This document shows positions 1 to 14,132 of a stretch of 64,000 nt of DNA, in pieces (the stretch's first letter is position 1; each line of letters begins with the position of its first letter). The DNA lies in assembly GCF_018350175.1 (NCBI RefSeq), contig NC_058368.1, positions 63,986,001-64,050,000 on the forward strand, read 5' to 3'. This DNA comes from Felis catus (taxonomy: Eukaryota). The position numbers and the translations under genes are program-made. The notes under the pieces are model-generated. The model did not search any database. It was not told where the DNA came from and saw only the letters and a list, made by a program, of their open reading frames with translations.

Positions 1-224
1 TATTTATGAAGTTTAGTTAAAATAACAAAAATTTATTTATGTGCAAAGAAATATGAAAAATAATACCTAGAGTCAAGAGAAAAGACAGGTCATATTAAGC
101 AAACTGTAAAGTCTAGATGTCCCCATGTGGCACGTGGCAGATAAGGACTTTAAGGTAGCTATAGTACATATGTTCAAGCACTTAGAGGAAAATATGTTTA
201 TATTGAGAGAGCTGATGTGAAACT

Positions 225-385
225 GATATATGCGTGTGTGTATATATATGTACATATATATCTATAGATACATGTATGTATAGATATATATGTACATATA
301 TGCATATATGTAAATACATATACATACATATATCTATAGATATAGATATACATATATATGTACATATATATACACATATACATCA
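225..385. repeat. TA/TACA-rich microsatellite
   Basis: Degenerate (TA)n array. Confidence 0.9.
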
Positions 386-399
386 CTAACTTGTTTTAT

Positions 400-700
400 A
401 AAAATGAGAAATTACTTCAAATCAAAAATTTAAATGGAAATATGAATGACATAGAATAACAAAAACAATATTAAAAGTGATGCCTATGATTGAAGGACTT
501 ACACAGCGTGACATCAAAATCGAAATTAAAGCTACAATATTCATGAAACAATGGAATTGGCATGAAAATGGATAAATAGCTTGCTGAAACAAAAGAGTAA
601 GATCAAATAATTTTTAACAAAGTTGCCAAAGTAGTTCAGTTGGTAAAGGAAAGCATGGTCAACAAAGAGTTTTAAAACACTGTTCAACTGAATGTATTAT
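400..700 (+). mobile_element. Old L1 ORF2 fragment
   Basis: Degenerate match to L1 ORF2 (gaaggacttacac...aaagctacaata...tggaattggcat). Confidence 0.55.
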
Positions 701-1024
701 TTGTGTGTGCATATGTATGTGTCACACAATACACAAAAATCAATTCATTATGGATAACACTTAAACATAAAAACCTACAATTCATGGCTTTTAAAAATAT
801 GCATATGTATAGATGAGGACGGATAGACACATACACATATTTTCTAGCTCTGTTGAGAATACCTAAGGACAATATCATATCAATAGCAATTGATGTATCT
901 GTTGCCCAGATTCTAGTTTTTAAATTATCATTCTCCAGTAAAAGTAACTAGGATTCCTTGGAGAAATAGTTCCAAAATTGTGGCAGAAAAATTACAAAAT
1001 GAGTCTAGAATGTCTTGTACTAGA

Positions 1025-1057
1025 CACTTGATCTTAGCCAAAAGGCCAAGAAAGAAT
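1025..1057 (-). pseudogene. 5' fragment (nt 1-33) of U2 snRNA, tailless retrocopy
   Basis: ATTCTTTCTTGGCCTTTTGGCTAAGATCAAGTG vs U2 ATCGCTTCTCGGCCTTTTGGCTAAGATCAAGTG (4 mismatches); TSD TGTCTTGTACTAGA at 1011..1024 and 1058..1071. Confidence 0.88.
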
Positions 1058-1214
1058 TGTCTTGTACTAGAAAGTAAAAAATTGCTGAAGAATGACAGAA
1101 ACAGACATGGTGAAAGTACTTGAGATCCAGATGGAAGAACCTCCAAATAGACAAATCTAATACAGTCTGAGTATCAGAAACAAATAGGAATGGTAAAAGA
1201 TCAAATCCATTTGA

Positions 1215-1430
1215 GGAGTGCGTGGGTGGCTCAGTTGGTTAAGCGGCTGACTTTGGCTCCGGTCATGATCTCACAGTTGTTGAGTTTGAGCCCTGTGTTG
1301 GGCTCAGTGCTGACAGCTCAGGGTCTGGAGTCTGCTTCAGATTCTGTGTCTCCCTCTCTGTCTGCTCTTCCTCTGCTCATGCTCTGTCTCTCTTTCTCAA
1401 AATTGAATAAACGTTAAAAAAAATGTTAAA
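1215..1430 (+). mobile_element. CAN-SINE (SINEC_Fc-type)
   Basis: tRNA-like head, CT-rich body, A tail; TSD AAATCCATTTGA. Confidence 0.92.
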
Positions 1431-1723
1431 AAATCCATTTGATAAAATGGAAATCCATGAGTCCAAACTGATATAAATGAATAAATGAATGAATAAATAT
1501 ATGAATAAATGGAAGAGAAGGAATAGTTCTTATTTTGCAATAGAATATCAACAAATAAATGTAGAGGAAATGAAGAGATTAGAAAATCACTGTGTTGTAG
1601 TTATCACACTAATCATTGATTCAGCCAAGAATTATCAATTTGTGCTACAACTAGCAGGTTAAATTTGATGAGGAACATCATATTGGCATAGTATTAAAGC
1701 ATTTATTAATAACAAAAAGATCA

Positions 1724-1938
1724 GGGGCGCCTGGGTGGCGCAGTCGGTTAAGCGTCCGACTTCAGCCAGGTCACGATCTCGCGGTCCGTGAGTTCGAGCC
1801 CCGCGTCAGGCTCTGGGCTGATGGCTCAGAGCCTGGAGCCTGGTTCCGATTCTGTGTCTCCCTCTCTCTCTGCCCCTCCCCCATTCATGCTCTGTCTCTC
1901 TCTGTCCCAAAAAATAAATAAACGTTGAAAAAAAATTT
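1724..1938 (+). mobile_element. Young feline SINE
   Basis: GGGGCGCCTGGGTGGCGCAGTCGG head, CpGs intact; TSD AATAACAAAAAGATCA. Confidence 0.95.
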
Positions 1939-2189
1939 AATAACAAAAAGATCAAAATAATTTTACAGTGGATAAATCCAGTGCAGCACCTCAGTCCAAT
2001 TGTAAATGTTATCATCAGTCTTGTAATAAACTGATTTTATGTGCTTCCTGATTTGATACCTAGAAGAACACATATTACTTCTCTGGTGTTCTTACCAAAA
2101 GGATGTAAATTTACTCTAGTCATAAAAAACAATAGTTGATCTCAACCTGAGGGGGCTTCTACCAAAGAAGTGGGAGGTATACCTTTCCA

Positions 2190-2365
2190 TTTTTTTTTCT
2201 TTTTCATTTGAGTATAGTTGACACACAATATTACATGAGCTTCAGCTGTACAACATATGGTGATTCAACAATTCTATATGTGATGCTATGCTCACCCCAA
2301 CTGTATCTGTCACCATGCAATGCTATTACAATTCCATTGACTATATTCCCTCTGCTGTACCTCTC
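2190..2365 (-). mobile_element. L1 3' end fragment
   Basis: T tail followed by L1 3'UTR-like gagtatagttgacacacaatattaca. Confidence 0.65.
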
Positions 2366-4789
2366 TTTAAAAATTTTAAGGGGGAAAAAGACAAAGAAAA
2401 TCTTGAGAAACTCTTACTTTCCAGATTAAAGTAGACAATAGAGATACATCAAGTAATGCAGGATCCTGGACGAGGGAAAAAGAAAAGATATGGAAAAAGA
2501 AGGACATTATTGGGATAGAATTATATTAATATTAAATTTTCTGATTTTGATCATTGTTGTATGGTTAACTAAGAGAATTCCTTTGTTCTTAGGAAATACA
2601 CACAACAGGGCATATGAGTGAGAGGGAAAGAATGAGAATGAGAAATCAAATGGAGAAAAATGGAAAGAATTCGTGAATCTTAAAATTATCTTAAAAGTCT
2701 TCAGATCATTTTTTTGCAAATTTTCCATAAATTTGACATAATATAACAATAGTTTGAAAATACAACTGCACCTCTAACGTTTTCTGTTACTGTTTACATC
2801 TTACTGGTTCGTTTGCGCTGAAGAATCCTATTAATCCCCATATTTAAAAATATATAAACTTACCTATTTAGAAAATCAAAGTTATTTTATATCCATTAAA
2901 TAGAGGAAATTAGCTAAACTGCATTATGTCAGAGGGAATAAAAAGACTTTGATCATAAATGTTTTAGATCTACGACTTCCCAGTGCCTCAAGCACATCAT
3001 GTACTAATGTCTTAACCTACTGTGATTATACAGCTTTGTAGTTTCTTTAAAGATTAAAACACATGCATTTGAACTGGTGGTGGAATGATGGGGGAGGAAG
3101 CCAAATGGGAGAAAATACTAATTACTAAGAACGTACTTAAATATTGAATGTAACTATGTGCTCATGAGAAAAATATTGATAGCAAACATTGTTTTAATGT
3201 AGTTAGAAAATATTGAACAGTGAGCGATATCATTATATAGGAGGTTCACGTTATTATTGGCATTGGTATATTGTGTAGGAAATTGATACTAATATACCAC
3301 CATCCAAGTAGTTGTTTCCCAGGAAATCACAACATTTTATACAGTTGACCTCTATCCCTTTTCCTTTAAACTTCCCAGTTTAAAACTGCTGCTTTACATT
3401 AAATTTATGAACACTTTCTTCATCAGTAGTATAGCATATTTTCTTGCTTTCTGAAACAGGGACATATATTTAGTTTTGGTGCCACTACGGATTTATTTCA
3501 GGCCATATATATAAAAATATCTATTCTCCCCAAAATAAAGCCTTTCATGTTACTATTAACTGGTTTCAATTGTAAATAAATACTGAGCAATTGACAGCCT
3601 ATTTCCTTTTTTTACAGCAAATACATTTATAAAAACATGGCTCATCTTTAATCCTTAATTTATTTTATAACACAAATGCTAATTTAATCTTAAGATAAAT
3701 TTTAATGCTCTTTTAAATAGCATCCAAGATGTATCTTGAGGTTTGTTTTATGTTTTAAACAAAGAATCTTTTTTGTTGGTAGTTGCCACAATATTTACAT
3801 TCACATTCTTTAGAATCCTTAGTTTGATGCAAGTGACAGATTTTTACTGACTGGAAAAAATACTCATATTCAGACCATGTTATTTACTACCCAAATATTT
3901 TCATTATGCTCAAAATAAAGGAATTTGCCAGTTAGATTGCTTGGTTTTCTGGAATAATTTGGCAAATATTTTGCCAAATTGAATAGTTTGCAGGTTTTGA
4001 ACAATTGAAGGTTTTAAAAATTCTTATATCAGAAATTAAAACAGTACAATTCGACATTTGAAATAAAATGCATGTATTTCTCTTACTCCTGGGGTAAACG
4101 GAAACTTTTGTAAATTGTTTGCACCTGCCACAAATTTCTGAGAAATTGAATGAATGTCTAACTTACTATTTACTAGGAATCCCTATTTTAAGACAACCTT
4201 GTCAAGATCCCATTCTATGGAAAGCAAAATTAACCAAAAACTTTTGATCTGAATGCCTTTCATGTACAAGGCTCAATTATGGTTCTGTTATTGGGAATTA
4301 GGAAAGTTATTCCCTGAATGACAATAAGGGTCAAGATCACCTTTATGCTTGTTAGAGAAGATGCTCATCCAGAGACCTTTAGCTTAATGACCCAGCTTCT
4401 TTCTGTGTAAGTTACAGTCTGGGACCACGGCAGGAACTTTTGAAGCTTCATTAGCCTTTTAGGCCACAGGGGAAACATTAAATTGACAAAAAAAGGAAAG
4501 AAAGAAACAAAATTTTAAGTCCGTGGTCCCAAAGAGACCTGAATCAACAAAGTCTTTTCGCTTTCCAGCATACCTCAGCCGTGGAATTCTACACTGAGGT
4601 GTGTTTGGTACATTCTGTGCAACTTCTGCTGTCATTTAATTTTTGCACCTGTCTAAAATCTGCTAAACAGTATTCCATGTTAATAACTTTTGTGTTGTTA
4701 GACGATTATTATGCCACACTCATTGCACTCTGAAGTAGAATCACCTTTGCTGCAAAGTGGAAGCTGGCTCTAAATAAGATGAGCAGGCA

Positions 4790-5150
4790 GTCAGGGATTA
4801 TGAGTCTGAATCTCAAGAGAGAAATGAGAGACAAAACTATGAATTTGGATGTCATGATGGTAAGTGAAAAAATGACATCGATGAGGTCACCCTGGGAGAG
4901 TGTTTAGAGTCAGAAATCTAGAGAGCTGAAGATGTGACCTCTGAATCACCAAAGCAGAGCAGCAGGAGATGTGGTAGATGAACCTGGGAGAATAATGTGT
5001 GGAAACTAATACAGGACACATTCAACAGTGAAGTGACAATGGAGCAGAGCAGCCAATTATCAGACATATTTAAGAGTGTAGTTTAGTCTTGGCAAATTAG
5101 AAGATCAGGGGAGGCTCCAGAAGAGAAGCATCTCAATGAACTGTGGATTA
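4790..5150. mobile_element. L2 fragment
   Basis: L2-like gaatttggatgtcat...gaggtcaccctgggagagtg. Confidence 0.45.
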
Positions 5151-5189
5151 AACTGGATAATCATGAAATGATGGATAGATATGCTTTCT

Positions 5190-6080
5190 CTTTTTTTAGG
5201 ACATTTCATGAAAGAACAATTTTAGGTTCACAACAAAATTAAGAGCAAGGTAGAGAGATTTCCCATGTAATCCCCCACTGTACACATGCATAACCTCCCC
5301 CATCATCAATATCCCCCCCACCAAAGTGGTGCATTTATATAATTGATGAACCTACATTGACACATCATAATCACTTAAAGTCTGCAGGTTACCATAGGCT
5401 CATTCTTGGTGTTGTACATTCTCTGAATTCAGACAAGTGTATAATGACATCAATCTGCCACAATAGGATCATATGCAAGAGTTTCACTGCCCTAAAAATT
5501 CTGTGCTTTGCCTACTCATCCCTTCAACTCTCAAGCCCCAATCTCTGGCAACCACTGATCTTTTTACTGTGTCCATGTTTTTTGTTTTTTAATCTTTTCT
5601 GAAATATCCTGTAGCTATAATCATACAGTATGTAGTCTTCAGATCCTTTCACTTAGTAGTGTGCATTTAAATTTGCTCCCTGTCTTTTCATGGCTAGATA
5701 GTTCATTTTTCTTCAGCACTGAATGATATTCCATTGTTGGTATGCACCACAGTTTATTTTCTAGTTATCCATTCACCTACTGAAGGATATCTTGGTTACT
5801 TCCAAGTTTTGGCAGTTATGAATGAAGCTGGTATCCACATTCTCATACAGGTTTTTGTGTGGACATGTTTCCAACTTCTTGAGGTAAATACCAAGGAGTA
5901 AAATTGCTAGATCATATGATGAGTCTGTTTAGTCTTGTCAGAAACTGCCAAACTGTCTACCAATGTGGTTGTACCATTTTGCATTCCCACCAGCAATGTG
6001 AGTGTTTCTGTTGTTGCCCATCCTACCCAGCATTTATCAGTGTTCTAGACTTGGGCCATTCTCTAGGTATGTAGTGGTGA
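5190..6080 (-). mobile_element. Old L1 (L1MA/MB-type) 3' end
   Basis: Typical reverse-strand 3'UTR and ORF2 end (aactgccaaactgt...cattcccaccagcaatg). Confidence 0.8.
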
Positions 6081-6883
6081 TAAATGGGAGTTTAACAAAT
6101 AGTTGTAATTATAGTCTGGTGGACTTTTATTTTAAGGATTTTTCTCTGAGAGGAAAGAGAAGGAAAGGTAAAGAGGGTTGGGTTCATCTAGTATGCAATG
6201 GAATACCTGTCCTTGTCAAAATTTTGAAATTTTAACTTTCAAATTTGAGGATTAATAACAACTGAAAATGTGGTAGATAGCCACTACCCATATTTCCTGA
6301 TGTCCCCTGCCATCCCACCTAGCCTGGACACTCCACAAAAATTCAGTGACTGACCCAGGATCCAATAACAAAAAGGAACTCTTAGTTCAGTGGGGACCTC
6401 AGGACCTGATGTAGGCTCTTGTATGATTGATGGCATACTATTGGCTTGCAGCCTTCTTGGGGAGCTTCCTGGGCTTAATTTGAAGCTAGCCTCTGTACAC
6501 AGAGGTTAGAGACCAAAGAGGCAGACCACTCCAGAGTGGTCGGTGGCTGCTTAATAAGCAACAAACTTACTTATGAAGCTTGTCTTGAGCACTCGCAGGG
6601 AGATTTCCTCATCCACCCACCAGAATCTTACATGTTGTATAGAGGCCTTAACTGGATTTAGTCATGTACTGAATTCACATGGTCTCACCAACACATTTAT
6701 ATATCATGGCTGTGTCTGTGGAGCAGCTTTTGGGAGTAGGGAAGTCAAGCAGAGCATACACTGCAAGAATGAGGAGGGGGTTGAGAGTCTCTAATATCCT
6801 AGGTCCAGCTGGATGACCTCTTCCAGATAAATAATTTTAATAACACGCCACAGGGGTAAATTAGGTCAAAGGAGGCTGTGGGA

Positions 6884-7080
6884 GGGGCGCCTGGGTGGCT
6901 CAGTCGGTTAAGCGTCCAACTTCAGCTCAGGTCATGATCTCACGGTCTGAACCCCGCGTCGGGCTCTGTGCTGACAGCTCAGAGCCTGGAGCCCGTTTCA
7001 GATTTTGTCTCCCTTTCTCTCTGCCCCTCCCCCGTTCATGCTCTGTCTCTCTCTGTCTCAAAAATAAATGTTAAAAAAAA
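6884..7080 (+). mobile_element. CAN-SINE
   Basis: Head and A tail; TSD AAAGGAGGCTGTGGG. Confidence 0.93.
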
Positions 7081-10000
7081 AGGAGGCTGTGGGTTTTTTG
7101 TTTCTTTGACTTATTTTTAAGGAAAGAGAGGTTTATTTCTGTTTATAGATAGAAGAGAAGGATTGGGTAGAGATGTAAATGTTGAAATCAGGAAGAAATG
7201 GAGTGGGAGAAGAATCCAGGGTACATAGACGTAGATATTAGCGTAGGGTGGGGAGAAGACAGTCCTCTGGGATGGAAGAAAAGCCTGGGAATGAATATGG
7301 ACAATTGTTACATTGGTAGGTAGGAAGATGAAGAATTTCCTAGTCGAGACAGCAATTTTTCTATAAATGAAGAGACATCATCATCACTGTGAGTTAAGAA
7401 GCTTGAGGAGAGTGGTAAATATTTTCTGTCAGTAATATGGGCTACTTGCTCTTTCCACAGGCCTCTTATTGAATAGAATTCAAGCTAGGGAGAGAGTGCT
7501 GGTATGTGTTTTATTCACTTAATTTTTAAAAAGGTATTTCAAGAGCAACCATGCTAATAGCAAGACATATAATACTTCGCCATGTTTTCCATGCCTCTGT
7601 ATACATATATACTCATAAAGTTATTATCGATAATACTTACGAAAATGTGGTTATTCTATGACTACCCATATTAAACTCTAATTTTTCTCACTCATCATCA
7701 TGTAGTGGCTTTTCCAGTGGCTGATATGCAAAACATCTCAACTTGTAATTTTACTTATTGCATGCTATTCAATAATATGCTTTTGCCAAATTGATTCAGT
7801 CATTTCCCTCTAAATGGATATAAATTTAAGTTAATTTTTTCCCCTACAAACAATGTGCAATAAATAACAGTATACATCATTGTATACATATACTGGATTT
7901 TTTTATAGAAATTGCTCAGATTTTATATTTACATTTATATTGCTTAGACTTTTGATATTTTAATACATGATTTTCCAAAAGGTTCTAGCAATTTTCTCCC
8001 CCACTGACAATCCATGAAAACCCATTTTTTTACGTCCAGATCAGCACCGAACATTATTACTTTCTGGCTCTTAGGGGTCGAGGGGACAGAAATGCTGGGA
8101 GATTGCTCCCTTTTTGTTTACATATGATTGAAAGTTAATAGACATTTCTTAAATATTATCAAGTGACTTTTTTTGGAAAGGGTTTCCTGACTAAAGAGGA
8201 AATAGGCTGGTTCAAGCAACCCTTCAGCCTTCATGCACTGCTTTGGGAGGATAGTCTGGTTTTTCTGTTTAGAAAATAAGGCACATAAATTAGTCCAGGG
8301 CTGAAATTAGAGCTTTAGAAATGTGTGGATACACAGTTATTTCAACCCATAGCTTGGGAATCTGTACCAAAATTGTGTATGTTTTGTTCCCTAGAGACTT
8401 AAAAATTCTGCCAGTTTATTAACCCTGCCTGTTATGATGGGTTAGGAGAGAGGAGGAGAAGCCTAAGTCATCAGAAAAGGGTTGGCAGTGATTTCTTTTG
8501 AAATGGTATGCGTTCAGTTTCATCAGGAGGAGAATTTACTGAAACAAGTTAAACACAATTCAGTGATAATGAATAAAGTCTAATTTAGAGGTGATGGTAA
8601 CTAAGTCCCTCTCTCATGGTCTGGAACTTGTTTTCCAATGTCTCTCCTTCTACATATTTCTTTCCCTATGAGCTAGCAATAGTGAATTATTCGTGATTCC
8701 TGAAATCTGCCATACACATACAGTGTCTTTCTGCAGTAATTCAAGCCATTGAATTAGGAATGCCACAGGAAGTCATATTCAACTGACAGGACTCAGCTCA
8801 ATGGCAACTCTTTCCTGAAGTGTCTCTCAAGTTTTTGTAATTTATTCTCACTTTTATCAATTAGATACTGTATTTTGTATTATCACTATAGTTACACATC
8901 GCTGTCTCTCTTAGTAGATTTTAGGAGTGTTGAGATCAGAGTATTCGTCTTACTCATCTTTGTATTTGGCAGCCATTTGTATTATCTGACATCTAACTCA
9001 ATGCATTGCACACAGAAGATTCTAAGTAACAGTTGAATGAGTGAAAGTGCGTGTGGATGATGGAGCAGGCTAGCTAAACCGGGTTAGGAAAGGTGGTGCT
9101 GTCAATGTCCACTGCTGGTTATAAATCCTGGGAACACTGTATTAAGGTCTTCAGGATATAATGAAGCTTGCAGTGGGGCAGAACACCCTTTCCAAAAACC
9201 TTCTGAGAATAAAATAGATAAGTAGATGATACAAACAAACTGTGAGACAAAATTGGGAAACCAACCTCATTTGTTTTCCTCCCCTGAAGTTCCTCACATT
9301 AGACCATGTGATTTCATATTTAAAGTATGTTTTCAATTCACAACATCCCATATATGCAGGTGGAAGAAGTTTACTTAATTTTTATAATTTCTAATGCTAG
9401 TCACATAATGATTTATAGGTTCTTATTTTCATGCCTTTTAAAAGCATATTTAGATGCATTTTTAAATTTTGACCAATATCAACTATCAATTTAATTGTTA
9501 ATTAACTGTAAAGTATTAATTTTAAACAACTGGTGCATATTTCTGAATTAAGAGTAAATATCATATTGGTTGGAAAAATTTCCACTGGAAACAGCATAAT
9601 GTGAGTCCAGAGAAATATGCCTCATTTTTAATGCTCTGGTAGTACACTCTCTTTTATAAATTCTTTCATGTCATAACTATAGATAAATCCCTGAGAACCA
9701 GAAAAAATGTGATCATAATATTTTGAATTGATTATTATCTACTACTTCTGGAATTGTAAAATATATGTATTTTTTATTTTTAAAGAAGTGTGAAAGCTAG
9801 TCTCTCCACAGATGTTAATACATACAGAACAATCCATATATGAATTCTGAAGGAGCCTGGAGGGAAGAGCTTTTTCACATAGACAGATGAATTAGGATAC
9901 TTAGCTGACAGGGTCATCACTACATTTCTTATCGGAAAAATGGATTTCTACTGCAGGGCTGGAAAATATTAAAAAATCCTCAAGTAGGCTGTAGCATTCA

Positions 10001-10424
10001 ATGAATCATGTCATAAATTGAATGGGAAGAGAATCTGAGCATGTCTTGCAGAATATGGAGTGAGAAGGTAGCCCGCAACATCAGGCATGCTAGATAAAGA
10101 AAAATACCTTATGCCAGCAAAGAGAGCTTTTGGGCTTGAGGTAGAAAATTGAATGGTTACCTTTAAGTGAGTACTTCAGTAGCATTTTACATAAAAAATT
10201 CATCTGTTTTTTCAAAGTAATATACTATGCTAAATGCTGTGTATATCATCTAAATTATTTTGCCCCACTTAAAGGTTATGGATAGAAATTCTATCACTGT
10301 AGAAGGAGTCAGCTTTAACTAGGTGGCCAATGCATAATACTAATGGTATTTACTCTTGGCAGAAATAACCAAAAAAAGCATTGAATTTATACTAGTAATT
10401 TAGAGTAGCTTAGAAAACCAAATG

Positions 10425-10481
10425 GAGGATGGATGGAAGGAAGGAAGGAAGGAAGGAAGGAAGGAAGGAAGGAAGGACGGA
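10425..10481. repeat. (GGAT)/(GGAA)n microsatellite
   Basis: Direct reading. Confidence 0.95.
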
Positions 10482-11411
10482 CAGTGGATTGTCTCAAGTA
10501 GAGCAAACATAAATACAATGGACAATTGATTTCAATGACTTTTTGAACACACGGGCAGACTGAGGTTCTATTCAGTTTGTCAAGAACTACTCTCTTTTGG
10601 GGATATTCTAGTGCCCATTGGATTTAGTGATTCATTGTCTTTAAGGCACAAAGAAGTTTCAGTTTGCTAGGGAAGATGAACCATTTTGAAGGAACAGTTT
10701 GAACTTTGATTCCATCCTTTCATTCTGTGTGAACATTCCCTTAGATATAGTGCAAGAATTTTCCCACACTCTGATTTTTGTGCATGCTGTATATCTTCAA
10801 GCCTTTAAGAATCAGATCACATTCCAATATTCTAAAAGGGTTTCTTCTCTAGTTTAGAAATATTTGAGTTTAGAGCAAAGGAATGTGAATATATTTAGAA
10901 ATAAGGAATTCATTTTACATTTGTCTGGTTGGTGGTATAAAGGAAATAAAGAGGAAGTAAAGATTGTAAACATAGAAACATTTTATTTCAAAACGCTATT
11001 ATTTAAACATTTTATTTTTGACTGAACTGTTTAAAAATTCCATGATTTACATTATATCACTGCCAATAGTGAATGCTGTTTTGTTTAAAGGAAACTCATG
11101 AGGCAACTATGATTCATAAGAATGATATTTATTTTATATTCTCAGTGACAACCTTTATTTTAATTTTATTAATATTGCTCAGAATTTTCAAAGTATCTGA
11201 GCTGAGGTTGATATGAAAGTTGATGACATATTGATGAACTTTAAAATTCTACTTATCTTTCAGGATGCACTTTGATTCATTTTATTATCTGGATAAATGG
11301 ACTCCACCAATGACTTTTACATGAAAGTAGATTAACATAATGTGAATTGTATCATCTTGTGTCAATTGATACTTTTGTATTAGCCATGTTATTTTGTTTG
11401 GCAGTATTTCT

Positions 11412-11885
11412 TTTTTAAAAAAAATTTTTAAATAATTTTTAATAAAAAATTTTTTTTAATGTTCATTTATTTCTGAGACAGAGACAGAGCACGAGTGGGG
11501 GAGGGACAGAGAGAGAGGGAGACACAGAATCAGGAGCAGGCTCCAGGCTCTGAGCTGTCAGCACAGAGCCCGATGCGGGGCCTGAACCCACAAACCGCGA
11601 GATCATGACCTGAGCCGAAGTCAGCTGCTCAACCGAGACACCCAGACACCCCTTTTTAAAACATTTTTAAAAACATTTTTATTACTTATTTGAGAGAGAG
11701 AGAGAGAGAGACAGAGAGAGAAAGTGGGGGAGGGACAGAGAGAGAGGAAGATACAGAATCCAAAGCAGACTCCAGGCTCTGAGCTGTCAGCACAGAGCCC
11801 AACATGGGACTTAGACTCACAAACCACAAGATCATGACCTGAGCCAAAGCTGGACACTTGACCAACTGAGCCACCCGGGTGCCCC
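11412..11885 (-). mobile_element. Two head-to-tail CAN-SINEs (about 11412..11652 and 11655..11885)
   Basis: Two SINE bodies; outer duplication GCAGTATTTC at 11401 and 11892. Confidence 0.9.
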
Positions 11886-13371
11886 TGTTTAGCAGTATTT
11901 CAATGACTGTTTTACTTTGTCCTCTATTTCTTTTCATATTTTTAAGGTTTTATTTGAATAGGAAACATAAATCTACTGTAGTCATTATTGTTGATTGGCT
12001 GTGTAGTTCATAATTTTAGTATTACATTCCAATATGTATTGAACAACTGTTTTGTGTAAAGCTCTATGCTATACACCAGAAGAAACATAAAAAGTGATTA
12101 TTAGTCATCTTGATCCTTCTGGGTATTTATAGTCAACATGTTGGAAGGACAAATATATACACAAAACTGTAAATATGCCAAAATATCCAAGTGTGATAAT
12201 ATACAAGAATTTATGATAGGTTCATGAGGAAGGGAGAATGCATTGGCTGAAATGATACATAAAAGATGAGTCATTGCAAGTTGGCCATGGAAGGAGTCAC
12301 ATAGGACATTATGTGAAGGGGAAAGTCACATAGGACATCTGCTTTAGAATTACAGGAAGAGAGAGGAATATGAAAACCTGCCCTGGAATGTGCAGGTACA
12401 TCATGTGTTTTGGGAATGGCAAACAGACTGGTATTAGAGGACCATAGGTTTTCTGATGAAAGTTAGCAGAGAATGGGACAAACTGATTTTTTTTCCTTAA
12501 CTTGTAATGGTCTTTGGATATTGTTTTAAAGCAAATGGGGAAACTACTTCTAAAAACAAACTGTGGAGCTCTGCAAAGTTCTTAAACAGAGAAATGATGA
12601 TCATAACACATTTTTAGATAAACAGCTGTAGTGCCTCTGTGGAGCATAGTGTAGTGGCTAAGTGGCTGGCCCAGAGAGATACATCTGATGTTATCAGGAA
12701 ATCATGACAGGGGAGGTGTGGAGGGGAACACACTCAGGTGGAGTCTAGCTTCGGCCTGATGCCAGAAGGAACTCTAGAATATGAATGGTGTCAGACTCTT
12801 GAGGCAAATGGCCTGGGCTGTTTTAGCCCTACATCAGTCAGTCACTGGCTATGGGTAAACCCTGAAGTAGCCAGTCACTGTAAACATAAACCTCCAGGAA
12901 GGAAGTTTCCTTCAACCAGGGGCATTCACCTAGTAAAGGGCATCCATGGGAACCCTCAGCAGCCAACAACCTTGCAGCTGGCAGAGTACTTTGGCTCACT
13001 GGCCTAATCGGTGGCATTTGGTGTGGTGTATACAGTGTCTTTACGATCTTTAAGAGAGCTATCTCATTTGAATTGTGGATACAGACGCTAGACCGTAGTG
13101 GTCTGAGGAGTGAAATCAAGGGGACACATAGCCGAAGAGGAAATTTTGGAGATTTAAGATTTGGTAACTTCTGCGAGACGCAGAGTAAAATAGGGAGAAA
13201 AGGAACATGGTTTTTATAAGAGCAAAAATGAATTGTCACCAAAGTTGGCATGAAGTGTTTAGTCTTGGAAAGTCAAGGTTCCTTTAATAGGTAGTTAACT
13301 TCTTATCAGTAGAGGGTACTGGTAACATCAAAATTTTGTGGTGGTTGTTGTTATTTGTATCATGTTTTCTT

Positions 13372-13592
13372 TTTTTAAAAATTTTTTTTCAACGTTATTT
13401 ATTTTTTGGGACAGAGAGAGACAGAGCATGAACGGGGGAGGGGCAGAGAGAGAGGGAGACACAGAATCGGAAACAGGCTCCAGGCTCCGAGCCATCAGCC
13501 CAGAGCCTGACGCGGGGCTCAAACTCACGGACCGCGAGATCGTGACCTGGCTGAAGTCGGACGCTTAACCGACTGCGCCACCCAGGCGCCCC
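13372..13592 (-). mobile_element. Young feline SINE
   Basis: TSD TGTATCATGTTTTCTT at 13356 and 13593. Confidence 0.95.
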
Positions 13593-14132
13593 TGTATCAT
13601 GTTTTCTTAATAGAAAAGGTGGGTTTAAAACTGTGGTGTGCTGGTAAATTTTTAATAACTCTCTGGGGAAAAAATTTAAAAGCCCTGATGTGTAGTATTT
13701 TCCAGTTTCCGTAATAAATGGTGTAAATACTCTTACTATGGCTGATTTCAAGCTACCGATGTGACCTCAACTGGCTTGCGAAAGTCCTGAAAATGTAACA
13801 ATCGCTTCTGCTTTGGAATAACCTTTGATTGCTGTGTGGATTTTCAAATTAACTTTAGTGAGAAAAAAAAATCAATGATACTTCTCTGGAAGCCTCTGCC
13901 TCTAATATTGGAAAAAGGTTGTAATCATCTTCAGGGAGAAGATCTGAAGAACACAGGACTTACTCATAAAGTCAAATGTGTTATAATGTTATTATTTCAG
14001 GGTGGCTCTCACAATATACAGTGATCATCTACACAAAAAAATATTAGTAATAAATTCATGGACACAATTTTTATGATACACTAATTAATATCTCTCATGT
14101 TTGGCTGTTGAGATTTTTTCATGTTTGTTGGC

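Noticed and set aside
6270..6860. Possible solo LTR (also 29705..30175, 12690..13005, and a hAT-like piece at 13630..13810)
   Set aside because: Repeat-like by eye, but termini, TSDs and family could not be established without a library search.
7461..7501. 41-bp segment between ctttccacag and gtatgt, and an acceptor-like site at 33467
   Set aside because: Plausible splice signals but no recognisable protein or linked exons; such motifs are common by chance.
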